A stretch of 64,000 nt of DNA from an uncultured Elusimicrobiales bacterium (GTDB taxonomy: Bacteria > Elusimicrobiota > Elusimicrobia > Elusimicrobiales > Elusimicrobiaceae), in contig CALUVB010000010.1 in the NCBI GenBank assembly GCA_944324115.1, positions 11,002 to 75,001 of the forward strand, read 5' to 3'. Positions 39,050-49,818 of the stretch are shown one piece after another. The notes beneath the pieces were generated by a model. That model did no database searches. It was given only the letters and a program-made list of their open reading frames with translations, and was not told the origin of the DNA. The position numbers were made by a program, and so were the translations under genes. Within the stretch, counting starts at the first letter, position 1; every line of letters starts with the position of its first letter.

Positions 39050-40429
39050 TTAGGCGGATTTTTGCTGCTTGCCGCCTTCTATCCATTTGCGCGTCAGCAG
39101 CAGGCCAAGGGGGGAAATGCACGCAATCAATGCATAAATAAGCCACATTTCTCCCGGATTCTGAGCCCCTTCTCTTGGGATAAAATACGACAACATAAAC
39201 CCGGAATACAAGCCTGTGGTAAACTTAGCCAAAAACCACGGCAGTCCGGCCAGCCCCATATAAGCGCCCACCTGTCCGGCCGGAGCCAGATCCCCCACAT
39301 ACTCATAGAAACGGGAAGACCAGGCCGCTTCTCCCAAAGAGAAAATAATCACATAGAGAATCAATAAGGTCAAATCCGGCCGATGACCAACCAGTAAAAA
39401 AGTAGTCGCGGCGGAAATACTGGTACCGATAATAAGCATTTTAAATACACTCACATTGCGCGTCAGCATGGCAATCAAAGGTACACAGAACACGATAATG
39501 AACGGATTAATGCCGTTAATCCATTCAAACTTAGCCGCCACTTCCGCCGGGAATACGCGGAAAATATAATCCGGCATCGTTAAAAATTGATGCGCAAACA
39601 AGGTCTGCACCGGCAGCAAAATAAAAATAAACCACATGAAACGCATATCTCTAAAAGGCATTTGCGCAAAACGTTGTTTCCAAGTTTTATTTTTATTTTC
39701 TTCTTCATTTATCACAACCAGCCGGCATTGCTGTTCCGTCTTTTTGGTAAAAAACGTTATATGCGCCAGAAGCACCAACCCCGTAATAGCCGTGCAGGTT
39801 AAAAACACACCCATAATACCCCAGCCCAAGCCATGTATATTTCCAATAAACGGTTCATTGGTGCGGATAAAAGGAGAAATGAAATTCTCAAAAACAATTC
39901 CCAAGTTCATAATGGCATAAATAAAACTGAACGCAATGGCGGAAACTTTAGGATTAGTATATTCTTTGGCGCCCGCGTATAAAGCCGGCTGCAAAATTCC
40001 TGAGCCCAATGCCATCAAAATAATGGCCGCCCAAGACATGACATAGCCTACCACCGGGCTCCCCATCTGCGCCGGCACCCCGGCAAACCCCAGCAAAACA
40101 CGCCCGCCAAAAAGCAAAAGCAAAGAGATGGTCAATGCGTTGCGCACGCCATATTTATCTGACACAAAACCGCCGCCAAACATAAACAACGTCACTAACC
40201 CCGTAAACGTAGATACGCTCACTCCGGTCATCGCATCGCTCATGCCGACGCTTCCGCCCAAATACAACGTAAGCAGAGTCAAGATGCCAAAATAGGCCAC
40301 CCCCTCTGCGAAATTAACCAAATTCACCAGCCAAAAAGCCCTTGAAGAAGAAAAGATGATTTTTAATTCTTCTTTAAGCGAAGTTTTTGTTTTTGATTCT
40401 TTTTTTTCTGTTTGTTCTTGTTCGTTCAT
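39050..40429 (-). CDS. MFS transporter, POT/peptide-permease-like
   Basis: About 12 TM helices; AEGVAYFG, GGGFVSDKYGVR, LGEAAWS. Start placed at ATG 40429. Confidence 0.85.
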   Translation of the reverse strand: MNEQEQTEKKESKTKTSLKEELKIIFSSSRAFWLVNLVNFAEGVAYFGILTLLTLYLGGSVGMSDAMTGVSVSTFTGLVTLFMFGGGFVSDKYGVRNALTISLLLLFGGRVLLGFAGVPAQMGSPVVGYVMSWAAIILMALGSGILQPALYAGAKEYTNPKVSAIAFSFIYAIMNLGIVFENFISPFIRTNEPFIGNIHGLGWGIMGVFLTCTAITGLVLLAHITFFTKKTEQQCRLVVINEEENKNKTWKQRFAQMPFRDMRFMWFIFILLPVQTLFAHQFLTMPDYIFRVFPAEVAAKFEWINGINPFIIVFCVPLIAMLTRNVSVFKMLIIGTSISAATTFLLVGHRPDLTLLILYVIIFSLGEAAWSSRFYEYVGDLAPAGQVGAYMGLAGLPWFLAKFTTGLYSGFMLSYFIPREGAQNPGEMWLIYALIACISPLGLLLTRKWIEGGKQQKSA

Positions 40430-40516
40430 ATGTATTATTATATTTTTTACAGAGCCCAGCGAAAAGTTTTTTAAAAAAATTTTGCAAACGGGAAGACGAA
40501 TTGATACCATCAGCTT

Positions 40517-41422
40517 ATGCAACGCTTATTAAAACCCCAGGTCCAAAAACGCGCGGAAGAAATTAAACGCCTTATTTTGGCCGGGGTTGCTTTTGAGAAA
40601 CCACTGGAACGGCTGTATTTGGATTTATCGTTGGCGGGCAGGCACGACTGGACCGTACAGGTGTACCAGCTGTTGCTGCTTTACACCGGCCCGGAAGATC
40701 GCAAACGGCTTCTGCACCCGGCGCTGTTACAGGCGTTTATTTCACTGGGGCTGACTACGCCGGCTATGGCAATAAGTCAAGAATTACTAAAGCAAAATCC
40801 GCATAATCCGGAAACTAAAAAACTGACCCGCAGTTTACATACTCGGAAGGAAAACACCCTTCCTGCCTATACTCCCGTGGCTTCTTTGAGCAAATATGCC
40901 GCCCCCAATTCCTTATTTCCAAAGCCCCACCCCCTGCCGCCAAAATGGCAGCAACTCAGCCAACTGCTCACCGCAGAAAAATTGGCTGAAAGCCATTATT
41001 TTGAAAAACGCCGCCAGCTGGCACGCGCTCCCAAATCCTGCCGGAGCGCCTTGTTGCAAACTTTTGACGAACTGGTATGTTGTTACTTGTTGCAGCAGCG
41101 GCGGGCAGTGGCGGCTCTCTGCGGGGCCTTGCTGGAAACACTCTTGGCGCTGTTGATAAGCAAAAGACACCCCCGAAAAGGCTCCACTTCCCGTAACGAC
41201 ATATCCAAACATTTAGATCTGCATTTATACGACCTAATAGGCTATTGCCAGCAAAATGCGCTTCTGCAGCCCGCCACTTTAAAGCTGCTGCGGGCCGCAC
41301 GCATGCAACGCAATTTTATACACCCCGGGAAAGAGTTGCTGGAAAAAAGTTCCCTAACGGCTGCCGGCATGCGTATCTGTTTTTTGGCGGTTTTGGAAGT
41401 GATAGACGAAGTATTCGCTTGA
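40517..41422 (+). CDS. Hypothetical protein with C-terminal DUF4145/HEPN-like domain
   Basis: AVAALCGALLE.LL...LYDLI...RMQRNFIHP pattern; helical N-terminus. Confidence 0.65.
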   Translation: MQRLLKPQVQKRAEEIKRLILAGVAFEKPLERLYLDLSLAGRHDWTVQVYQLLLLYTGPEDRKRLLHPALLQAFISLGLTTPAMAISQELLKQNPHNPETKKLTRSLHTRKENTLPAYTPVASLSKYAAPNSLFPKPHPLPPKWQQLSQLLTAEKLAESHYFEKRRQLARAPKSCRSALLQTFDELVCCYLLQQRRAVAALCGALLETLLALLISKRHPRKGSTSRNDISKHLDLHLYDLIGYCQQNALLQPATLKLLRAARMQRNFIHPGKELLEKSSLTAAGMRICFLAVLEVIDEVFA

Positions 41423-41600
41423 CTGGTTGCGTTTCTTATGCCGGGGCGGTTTTTTTGCCGGAAAAGCATACAACAGACGCCCGAACATGTCTGTTCTGCA
41501 AAAGCGCATGAACAAAAACAAATGAGTTATAATTAAAATAACATTTTAGCCGGCATATCCGCGCAGGGAGCCGGCTGCACGGAAATCGGATTAAATAAAT

Positions 41601-42077
41601 ATGAGAACCGAACAAGTAAAACATTTTCTGGCCGCTCATGGCGTACTGGAACAATACTTGCAATTTCCCGTATCTTCGGCCACGGTAGCACTGGCGGCGC
41701 AGGCCGTCGGGTGTGCTGCAGAGCATATTGTTAAAACATTGGCTTTTAAAACCAAGTCTGGCCCGATTGTCGTCTGCGTATGCGGCGCGGCAAAAGTGGA
41801 TAATCAAAAATTTAAAGCGGTTTTTGGAGAAAAAGCTGTCTTTGCCCGCGGGGAAGAAGTAGAACGCCTGACCGGACATCCCGCCGGGGGCGTATGCCCG
41901 TTTGCGCTAAAAGAAGGTGTCAGCGTATATTTGGACAAAAGCATACGTTCTTTTGCTTTTGTTTATCCCGCCGCAGGAGCTCCCAATAATGCCGTTAAAC
42001 TGACTCCGCTCCAATTAAAGGAATTGACAGACGCCCCCTGGATAGACATATCCAAAATGCCGTCTTCTTCTCTTTAA
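41601..42077 (+). CDS. YbaK/EbsC aminoacyl-tRNA deacylase family protein
   Basis: IVKTLAFK, TGHPAGGVCPF, AAG motifs. Confidence 0.92.
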   Translation: MRTEQVKHFLAAHGVLEQYLQFPVSSATVALAAQAVGCAAEHIVKTLAFKTKSGPIVVCVCGAAKVDNQKFKAVFGEKAVFARGEEVERLTGHPAGGVCPFALKEGVSVYLDKSIRSFAFVYPAAGAPNNAVKLTPLQLKELTDAPWIDISKMPSSSL

Positions 42078-42284
42078 CAGGCTGCGCCAAGCTGCCGCCC
42101 GGCAGCTTGGCATGATTATTCTCCCACAACTGCAACAAAAACCAGATACGCATTCTCCCAACGGCTTATCCGGCAAACGCTGTTTTCTTCCCCTACGGAT
42201 ATAGCAGAGAAAAAGGTTTCCAATGCAGCGAAAATGTGCTATAGTAAGGACATTGAGACTTTTTATGATAAGGAGAAGGGGTTT

Positions 42285-42695
42285 ATGCAGGCGTTCAAAA
42301 CATATTTTCTTGCAGAAGTTATCCGTCCGTACCGCCTCCTTTTAGACGGAGCTCAAAAAGCGGATTTTAAACCGGCTGTTTTTTTACAAGGACGCATCGC
42401 CAGAAAACAGTTCTGGATTTATGCCGTATTTTTTCTTCTTTTCAGCACGGTGCTGGGGCTTTTGTCCACCGTAGGCGGCATAATAGGAGCTTTTTTCATC
42501 GTTCTATTAAGCGCCTATTCTTTGTTTACTCTCTTAGGATCGGCATCGGTTGTGGTGCGCCGCTTGCATGACACAAACCGTACAGGCTGGTGGTTATTTC
42601 TGATTTTGCTTCCGTTTTTGGGGTTGGTGGCATTGGCTGTTTTGTGTTCCCTGCCACCTACGCAGGGCCCCAACAGCTTTGACACAGCCAATTGA
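42285..42695 (+). CDS. DUF805 family membrane protein
   Basis: GRIARKQFW...VRRLHDTNRTGWW. RBS aggag. Confidence 0.9.
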   Translation: MQAFKTYFLAEVIRPYRLLLDGAQKADFKPAVFLQGRIARKQFWIYAVFFLLFSTVLGLLSTVGGIIGAFFIVLLSAYSLFTLLGSASVVVRRLHDTNRTGWWLFLILLPFLGLVALAVLCSLPPTQGPNSFDTAN

Positions 42696-42898
42696 CGTTT
42701 TTCAAGCGCCCATCATCAAGATGGGCGCTTTATTTACCCCGAACTTCCATCACGCCATACCACAAGCCACAGCTTTCACCGCAGAGAAATTGCTAAAATA
42801 AAATAATTGATATGTCGGTTATCTAAGCGTCAGGACTATCAAATGCCCCGCCGCAGTCATTTATCATATTACTTGAAATATTTTGAAGGAGACACTTT

Positions 42899-43486
42899 AT
42901 GCCCTCCACGCATATTAACAGAGAACAAGCACTCAATTTGCTCAAAAAATATAACCAAGAGCCGTTCCACCTCATACATGCACTAACCGTAGAGGCCGTA
43001 ATGCGTTGGTACGCCAATCATTCCGCTCATGCCCAAGAAGCGGATTTTTGGGCTTTATGCGGACTGCTGCATGATATAGATTTTGAAAAATATCCTCAAG
43101 AACACTGCAAGAAAGCCCCGCAACTGCTGGCCGAAATCCAAGCGGAACCGGAACTGGTACACGCCGTTTGTGCGCATGGATATGGCCTCGTGAGTGATGT
43201 AAAACCCGAACAGGAAATGGAATCCTTCTTGTTCGCCGCAGACGAATTGACCGGGCTTATTGGAGCGGCAGCCCGCATGCGTCCTTCCAAAAGCACACAG
43301 GATATGGAACTGTCCAGCCTGAAGAAAAAATTTAAAGATAAAAAATTTGCGGCAGGCTGCTCGCGCGATGTAATTAAACAAGGCGCCGATATGCTGGGCT
43401 GGGAGCTGGATAAACTACTGCAAACGGTTTTGCAGGCCATGCGTGAAACAGAAAAAGAAGTGGCGGAACAAACTGCTTCTTTATAG
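42899..43486 (+). CDS. HD/HDIG domain hydrolase
   Basis: HALTVEAVM, GLLHDIDFE, ADELTG, KFKDKKFAAG motifs. Confidence 0.9.
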   Translation: MPSTHINREQALNLLKKYNQEPFHLIHALTVEAVMRWYANHSAHAQEADFWALCGLLHDIDFEKYPQEHCKKAPQLLAEIQAEPELVHAVCAHGYGLVSDVKPEQEMESFLFAADELTGLIGAAARMRPSKSTQDMELSSLKKKFKDKKFAAGCSRDVIKQGADMLGWELDKLLQTVLQAMRETEKEVAEQTASL

Positions 43487-43501
43487 CTATTTTTAGCAAG
43501 G

Positions 43502-43534
43502 AAACCTATCCCCGGTTGCGCCGGGGATAGGTTT
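43502..43534 (+). terminator. Terminator of the HD gene
   Basis: 14-bp stem AAACCTATCCCCGG/CCGGGGATAGGTTT. Confidence 0.8.
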
Positions 43535-43560
43535 AGGCAAATCCCCGGCGCTCTCTGCCC

Positions 43561-43655
43561 CGTATCTCAAAACCAATCACCAACCCCTGTCTTTACGTTT
43601 TACCAATCGTATCTCAAAACCAAATACCAACCCCGGTCTTTGAATTTCTGCCAAT
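43561..43655. repeat. Imperfect tandem duplication, 47/48-bp unit x2
   Basis: cgtatctcaaaaccaa..accaacccc.gtcttt.....ccaat at 43561 and 43608. Confidence 0.88.
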
Positions 43656-43681
43656 ACGCCCGGCCCCATTAGAACGAGACA

Positions 43682-43707
43682 CAAAACCCCGCCTAAGCGG
43701 GGTTTTG
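43682..43707 (-). terminator. Terminator on the sirtuin side
   Basis: CAAAACCCCGC-ctaa-GCGGGGTTTTG. Confidence 0.75.
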
Positions 43708-43764
43708 ACTAAACAAAATACCTCTAATCCAGCCGCCGCTTGGCAATTTGCGGCGGAAAGGCAG

Positions 43765-44484
43765 TTATAAATGTTTTTCAAGCTCGGCAAAAAATTCAGT
43801 CGCCTTCTGTTGAAAAAACAAATCGCTCACTCCTTCCGTATAGGCGGAGGGCATTGTATTCACTTCTATAATTTTCGCCCCATGCTGCTTGGCCAACAAC
43901 GGCAAACTGCATGCCGGCATGACTTGCCCGGCTGTTCCCACCACCAGCATTACATCGGCTTGGGAAGCCATTTCCACGGAAGCCTGATAAGCCGCCGGAG
44001 GGATACCTTCCCCATAGAAAACAAAATCCGGCTTTAATACGCCGCCGCAGCTGCAACGGGGCGGAAGCGCATCTAAACTTACTTCTTTTGTTTGATACTG
44101 GCGGCCGCAATTTAAACAATGCATATGATGAATAGTGCCATGAAATTCCTGCACATTCTGGCTGCCGGCCTTTTGATGCAATCCGTCAATATTTTGCGTA
44201 ATCACCCCGCAAAAGCCACCCCGTTTTTCCAACTGGGCAATAACTTGATGGGCTTTGTTAGGCTGCGCTTCTTTCATGCAAGTAAAGAAAATCTTCTTCA
44301 TTTCTTCCCAACTGCGCTGCGGCTGAGCATAAAAAAAGTCTATCTCAATAAACTTGGGGTCATATTGATTCCACAAGCCGCCCTGGCCTGTGAAAGGGGG
44401 GATTGAGCTCTCCACCGACACGCCAGCCCCCGTAAACACAACGCCCCGCTGGGCGTTTCTAATTAAATTTATCGCTTGCTTCAT
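43765..44484 (-). CDS. cobB: NAD-dependent protein deacylase (sirtuin)
   Basis: TGAGVS, TQNIDGLH, HG, CxxC...CxC, KPDFVFYGE, VGT motifs. Confidence 0.93.
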   Translation of the reverse strand: MKQAINLIRNAQRGVVFTGAGVSVESSIPPFTGQGGLWNQYDPKFIEIDFFYAQPQRSWEEMKKIFFTCMKEAQPNKAHQVIAQLEKRGGFCGVITQNIDGLHQKAGSQNVQEFHGTIHHMHCLNCGRQYQTKEVSLDALPPRCSCGGVLKPDFVFYGEGIPPAAYQASVEMASQADVMLVVGTAGQVMPACSLPLLAKQHGAKIIEVNTMPSAYTEGVSDLFFQQKATEFFAELEKHL

Positions 44485-44513
44485 ACCTGCTATAATATAA
44501 TATCGGGGCGAAT

Positions 44514-45338
44514 ATGAACAACTCTCTCAAGGTAAAAGAAATCGTCGCCAAGGGATATATCAACCCTTCCAAGCTGCCAGGCTCAGATTACGTCATCAAT
44601 CCTTACGTCGGCTGCCCACACCGCTGTATGTATTGCTATGCCGAATTTATGAAACGTTTCTCCAATCACGATGAGCCCTGGGGCACATTTACAGATGTCA
44701 AAATACGCAGCACTTCCAACCGCCCTATTGATCTAGCGGGCAAAAATGTCTTTTTAAGTTCCGTGACGGACTGCTATAATCCGCTGGAAGAAAAATATGC
44801 TCTGACACGCAAGCTGCTGGAACAACTCAAATACAGCGGAGCGAAAATAACCATACTCACAAAATCCGTCTTGGTATTGCGCGACATCGACGTTTTCAAA
44901 CAGATACCGGATATTACGGTGGGGCTGTCCATGAATACGACCGACGATTCTTTCCGCCAAGAAATAGAACCCTGCGCTTCCAGTGCATTGGAACGGCTGT
45001 ATGCTTTAAAAACGCTGCGCGAAAACGGAATACACAACTGGCTGCATGTGGCCCCGGTATTTCCTTATCTTTCCGTTTGGAAAGCCTTGTTGGAAGCGGC
45101 AGAGCCGTTTACAGACCGCTTCACCTTTGAAAATTTAAAACTGCGCGCAGCGTCACTGCCGCGGGTATTGCTCTATATCACCCAGAAATATCCGCATCTT
45201 AAAGAATTATATGAACAAATCTACCGTCAAAATAACAATGAGTATTGGCGCGTCATACGCAAAGAAATCTTAGCCTTCTGTAATGAACGCAAACTCTCTG
45301 CGGCGGTACAATTTGCCGAAAGAGAACCTGAATCGTAA
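44514..45338 (+). CDS. Radical SAM protein, spore photoproduct lyase-like family
   Basis: INPYVGCPHRCMYCYA; SSVTDCY; ILTKS. Confidence 0.88.
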   Translation: MNNSLKVKEIVAKGYINPSKLPGSDYVINPYVGCPHRCMYCYAEFMKRFSNHDEPWGTFTDVKIRSTSNRPIDLAGKNVFLSSVTDCYNPLEEKYALTRKLLEQLKYSGAKITILTKSVLVLRDIDVFKQIPDITVGLSMNTTDDSFRQEIEPCASSALERLYALKTLRENGIHNWLHVAPVFPYLSVWKALLEAAEPFTDRFTFENLKLRAASLPRVLLYITQKYPHLKELYEQIYRQNNNEYWRVIRKEILAFCNERKLSAAVQFAEREPES

Positions 45339-45404
45339 TCTGACCCTAAAAACCGCTTGCCCCAACGGCCTGTTATTTACTACCCTGTGCAAGGGAGAAA
45401 CAGT

Positions 45405-46160
45405 ATGTCTCAAATAAAACGTGCCATTTATAATACCTTGCAATTTAATCACCGCAGCAAATTGACTCATGTCATTAATGCTTTTATTATCCTGCTGATT
45501 CTGCTGAGCGTACCTGTAGATGTCATAGAAAGTTTAGGCGATGCCGACCCCCGTTTAAAACGCGCCGTACTGCATTTGGACTTATTTATGAGTGCTGTTT
45601 TTGGTTTGGAATATGTGCTGCGTCTTATGACCTGTACAGCCGATCCGCGTTATGCCAAGCCCGTATCCGGCCGCATTAAATATATGCTTACCCCGCTGAT
45701 GATTATTGATCTGCTGGCTATTTCGCCGTTTTTTATTTTGGGAGCGGGATATTTGCGCATGTTGCGGGTATTCCGTATTTTAATGCTTATGCGTTACACC
45801 AACGCCATTGAGCTGATGAATACCGTAGTATCCAAAAAGAAATCCGAGCTCATGATTTGCGGGGCATTTATTTTAATGTTGTGGGTGTGGAGCGCTTTTA
45901 TGATTTACCGGGTGGAACACGTAGCCCAGCCGCTGGTATTCCGAAACATGTTAGACGCACTATGGTGGTCTGTAGAAACATTTACCACGTTGGGTTATGG
46001 GGATTTGTATCCCATCACCTATTTGGGCCGTGCTATTGCCGCCGTAACTGTAGCGGCCGGATTGATTTTATTTGCCATTACAACTGCCGTGTTGACCGCG
46101 GGCATCGTACAAGAAATACAGCGTTTTGAAAAAAGCAACAAAAAACCACCCGAAGTATAA
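45405..46160 (+). CDS. Voltage-gated-type potassium channel (6 TM)
   Basis: S4 LRMLRVFRILMLMRY; pore TTLGYGDLYP. RBS gggag. Confidence 0.92.
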   Translation: MSQIKRAIYNTLQFNHRSKLTHVINAFIILLILLSVPVDVIESLGDADPRLKRAVLHLDLFMSAVFGLEYVLRLMTCTADPRYAKPVSGRIKYMLTPLMIIDLLAISPFFILGAGYLRMLRVFRILMLMRYTNAIELMNTVVSKKKSELMICGAFILMLWVWSAFMIYRVEHVAQPLVFRNMLDALWWSVETFTTLGYGDLYPITYLGRAIAAVTVAAGLILFAITTAVLTAGIVQEIQRFEKSNKKPPEV

Positions 46161-46461
46161 CCTCTTTGGGCCGCGGCTTGCTGTTACCAGCAAGCGATTT
46201 TTCCTAAAAGAAGAATCCTGCCACTTGCCAGACGAAGTGTCTCTACGCGGCCGGAATGAAATCCGCCGAATCACTAAAAGAAGTCTTCTGCTCTCTGTTT
46301 GCCATGCCAGAACACTGCTAAGCTTGAGACCGCGCACACCCCAATCAATACAAACAAAAGCTGTAGTCTCCCTGCAAACATAAACAGAAAAATAGTTCAA
46401 GCCTGAAAAGAAAGATTTTTAATACAAGACACCCCTTCCTTAGGCCAGGCCGAGAGATAAC

Positions 46462-46490
46462 AAAAGCCCACCCCTGTATGGGGTGGGCTT
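46462..46490 (-). terminator. Terminator of the TraF_2-like gene
   Basis: AAGCCCACCCC-tgtat-GGGGTGGGCTT with an A-run on the left. Confidence 0.75.
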
Positions 46491-46508
46491 CGGATTACAC
46501 AAGCCAAG

Positions 46509-48074
46509 TTAAAACAAGAACCCTAACATCAAAGAGAGCGCCGCCGAATCCGGCACGCTGGTACCGTCAATATCCGTGCTTCCGCTGCTCATCGCTCCAG
46601 CCAGCTCCAGGTGAAAATGAGCCATATTTAACCCCAGTCCCGCCGTATAAAAAGCAGACACCGCGCTGGAAGAAAGGTTTTTGTTAAATCCTAACCGCAG
46701 GGGAATATTGAACGTAGAACGGTTAAGCAGGTTAAGCTCCAGCCCCAAAGCCAGCTGACGGGATTTGATCTCATCAAGCAATGTATCGTTTTCCGTCAAA
46801 TCCAAATCCATAGCCAGCGTCATAAACGGCAAAGGATTAATGGCCGCACCGGCACGCACTTGAGGTTTCAGCTGATATTTGTCTGTATTCCACTGCGCAG
46901 CAATAGCCGGATTTAAATCCGCCGGCGCTGCCGGGCGGTCAAATTTCGGACCATTCAGATTTTTTACCGTTAAACCCAACTGGGGGTTAAGCCATACTTC
47001 CCGGTCCAACGCGCGGGAAAAATTAAATTGCGCCCCCAAATCCACGCCGATATTAACGCTGTTTTCTTTATTGTCATAAGCTTTATCAAAGATGTCTTTT
47101 ATATCTTGGTCATCGCTTAAAATCATTACACCGCTTTGCGCCATATATCCGTCAATGACTTTCAAGTTTGCGCCCAGTTTCAATCCGGGCATTACCTGGG
47201 CCCCATAACCCAAAGCAATTTCCGCAAAAGTAGCCGCATCTGCCATGGCCAACGTCTGGTTGTCCGCATAAGAGCCGGAAGAAGAAGCAGCTTGGTTAAT
47301 AATTTGAGCCGCACCGCCCATGCTGCCCACTGCTGCACGGACTGCCTCAGCAATTTGCTGGCTGGTGCCGCCGGCCGAAGCCGCGGCATTGATAAATGCA
47401 TTAGCCAGCTCCTGGCTGCTGGAATAACCGCCGCCAAGCAATTGATTCAATGCGTCAAATACGCCATGTTGATCTATAGCCTGCGCCAAAGCATCTGCCG
47501 AGGATTGATTGCTGCCGGCGGAACCCGTAGAGCCTAATTGTAAACCCGCACCCGCTCCGGCGAAACCAATATTTTTAGTATCTACCACCGGCATAATAGC
47601 CATACTGCCTAGTGCACGCGCGGTAACGGCAAAATTCTTAATTTTCAAACCAGCTCCGGCATTGGCATCTACCAAGGCTCCCATATTTTTTCCAACTAAT
47701 TTGGATATATCGTCAAGACCTTCAAAAATGGTGCTCAAATCGCTCGCTGTAGCCGTATAACCGTTCTCTATGGCAGAAGCTAAATTTTTGTAGCGGTCCG
47801 CCATATCCGTTAAATCCCGCACGCCTTCCAATACGTTTTCCGCCGCCTGCAGGCTGGCCCCTGCCGTCAAGGAAAAACCGGCATCGTTTACGTCATCTTC
47901 CGCAGCCAAACCCGCCGGGTTCCAATATTGCGCATCAGCTCCGTAAGCAGTAGCTACGCCGGCACCGCCCATACCCATAGCACGGGTGCCCACCATTTGC
48001 CAGGACTGTGCCTGTAATACAAGTGGGGAAAATACCGCCAGCAAGGCGGCTAACAAAAGGACTCTTTTTTTCAT
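46509..48074 (-). CDS. Outer-membrane beta-barrel, TraF_2/FadL-like family
   Basis: Signal peptide; GTRAMGMGGAGVA...YWNPAGL; amphipathic strands; terminal Phe. Confidence 0.75.
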   Translation of the reverse strand: MKKRVLLLAALLAVFSPLVLQAQSWQMVGTRAMGMGGAGVATAYGADAQYWNPAGLAAEDDVNDAGFSLTAGASLQAAENVLEGVRDLTDMADRYKNLASAIENGYTATASDLSTIFEGLDDISKLVGKNMGALVDANAGAGLKIKNFAVTARALGSMAIMPVVDTKNIGFAGAGAGLQLGSTGSAGSNQSSADALAQAIDQHGVFDALNQLLGGGYSSSQELANAFINAAASAGGTSQQIAEAVRAAVGSMGGAAQIINQAASSSGSYADNQTLAMADAATFAEIALGYGAQVMPGLKLGANLKVIDGYMAQSGVMILSDDQDIKDIFDKAYDNKENSVNIGVDLGAQFNFSRALDREVWLNPQLGLTVKNLNGPKFDRPAAPADLNPAIAAQWNTDKYQLKPQVRAGAAINPLPFMTLAMDLDLTENDTLLDEIKSRQLALGLELNLLNRSTFNIPLRLGFNKNLSSSAVSAFYTAGLGLNMAHFHLELAGAMSSGSTDIDGTSVPDSAALSLMLGFLF

Positions 48075-48285
48075 TTTTTCTCCTGTGTAAACACAAAGAT
48101 ATGTTTATTTTTGCATATCCCCTATATTTTGTCAATATGAAAAATCACTGGACTTATGCCCGGAGTTTTTTACTGAGAAATGTCAGTCCATCTTTTGGGT
48201 TTGAGACAAAACTAGTTGGAGAAAAATAGCGGGGGAAAACTCCTCATTCTGCGGGCTTGCAAACAGCGGTTTAAAGAAAAGGCAT

Positions 48286-48312
48286 AAAAAACCCCGCCGA
48301 AAAGCGGGGTTT
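48286..48312 (-). terminator. aax operon terminator
   Basis: AAAAAACCCCGC-cgaaa-GCGGGGTTTT, 17 bp past the aaxC stop. Confidence 0.8.
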
Positions 48313-48329
48313 TGAAAATAAGGACTTAT

Positions 48330-49799
48330 TTAAAGGCTGACCAGCCCGCGAGAAAACACATACACCGCCACTAAAGCCGCCAATACAAGCAAACACATGA
48401 CGATTTTTTCTCCCGTACTGGAAAAAATGGGGTTTCCGTCTTGTTGTTGGCGCCGTGCCCAGACAAATACAGGCACTCCCAACGCCAAGAAAATAACCGC
48501 CATAAATAAATATTTCAGCCCCGCCGCATACACCAGCCATAAGCCGTATCCCGTACCGATAAGGGAGGTAAACAGCGCTGCGGCGCGGCCTTTCTTGGCC
48601 ACTTGGCTGTATTCGCCGTCTTCCACCAATTTCCACAGATACGCCGTACTGAAAATATACGCCGGCAGCACCATAACCCCGGTAATAGAAAGCATGGTAT
48701 TCCAGGCATTATTAGAGAAATATACCAACAAAATGGCCAACTGCATTAAAATACTGGTCACCCACAAAGATACACTGGGGGAACCATTTTTATTTTCCCG
48801 CGCAAACTGTTTGGGGAAAGTGCCATTTTGGGCGGCTGCCTGCGGTATTTCGGCGCAAATCATGGTCCAAGCCAGCCAGCTGGAAAGCACCGCTATCACA
48901 AGACCAATGTTCATCACCCAAGCACCCCACGGGCCGACTACTTTTTCCAATACGCCGGCGGTTGAAGGATTGGCAATAGAAGCAAGCTCCTGCTGGGTTA
49001 AAAACCCAAACGGCAACAACGAAAGCAAAATATAAATCACCAAGCAGCCCAAGAAACCCAATATAGTGGCTTTGCTGACGTCGCTTTGGCTTTTGGCGCG
49101 GTTAGACATCACCACCGCCCCTTCTATGCCGATAAACGCCCACAGCGTGACCAACATGGTGCTTTTGAGCTGGGCTCCCAATCCGCCCAAACTTTTGCCG
49201 CCTTCGGCCATTTTGCCCCAAAAGTTAAAATCAAACTTATCCAAATGAAAACTAAAGAGCAAAATAATGATAAACAAAAACAGCGGCACCAGCTTGCCCA
49301 CCGTACCGACAATGTTCATCACCGCCGCCTGGCGCACCCCGCGCAGCACCACAAAATTAAATACCCATATCAAAATGGATCCGCCGATAATGGACCACAA
49401 ATTATTTCCTCCCTGGAAATAAGGCGGGAAAAAATAATTCAGCGCGTCCATCGTAATAACCGCATAGCCCACATTGCCAAAAATTTGACACAGCCAATAT
49501 CCCCAGCCAATGGTAAAGCCGGCATACGGGCCAAACCCCTCCCGCGCGTACATATAAATGCCGGCGGTTAAATCCGGCTTTACACGGGAAAGAATACTAA
49601 ACGTATTGGCAATAAAATACATGCCGATTCCCGTAATGACCCACGCCAAAAGGACAGCCCCGGCGCTGGCGCCGGCGGCCATGTTTTGGGGGAGGGAGAA
49701 AATCCCGCCCCCAACCATAGAACTGATAACAATACTAGCCAGGCCGATAATGCCCAGCTTTTTGACCGCAGAAACGGACGAGTCGTTATTTTCTGCCAT
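48330..49799 (-). CDS. aaxC: Arginine/agmatine antiporter (APC family)
   Basis: [61 protein letters not shown], as I recall them from chlamydial AaxC. Start at ATG 49799. Confidence 0.9.
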   Translation of the reverse strand: MAENNDSSVSAVKKLGIIGLASIVISSMVGGGIFSLPQNMAAGASAGAVLLAWVITGIGMYFIANTFSILSRVKPDLTAGIYMYAREGFGPYAGFTIGWGYWLCQIFGNVGYAVITMDALNYFFPPYFQGGNNLWSIIGGSILIWVFNFVVLRGVRQAAVMNIVGTVGKLVPLFLFIIILLFSFHLDKFDFNFWGKMAEGGKSLGGLGAQLKSTMLVTLWAFIGIEGAVVMSNRAKSQSDVSKATILGFLGCLVIYILLSLLPFGFLTQQELASIANPSTAGVLEKVVGPWGAWVMNIGLVIAVLSSWLAWTMICAEIPQAAAQNGTFPKQFARENKNGSPSVSLWVTSILMQLAILLVYFSNNAWNTMLSITGVMVLPAYIFSTAYLWKLVEDGEYSQVAKKGRAAALFTSLIGTGYGLWLVYAAGLKYLFMAVIFLALGVPVFVWARRQQQDGNPIFSSTGEKIVMCLLVLAALVAVYVFSRGLVSL

Positions 49800-49818
49800 A
49801 GCTCCCCCAAGAAAAACC

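Noticed and set aside
46509-48074. Evidence for a conjugative element (TraF)
   Set aside because: No relaxase, coupling protein, VirB4 or other tra genes; the family name does not imply conjugation here.
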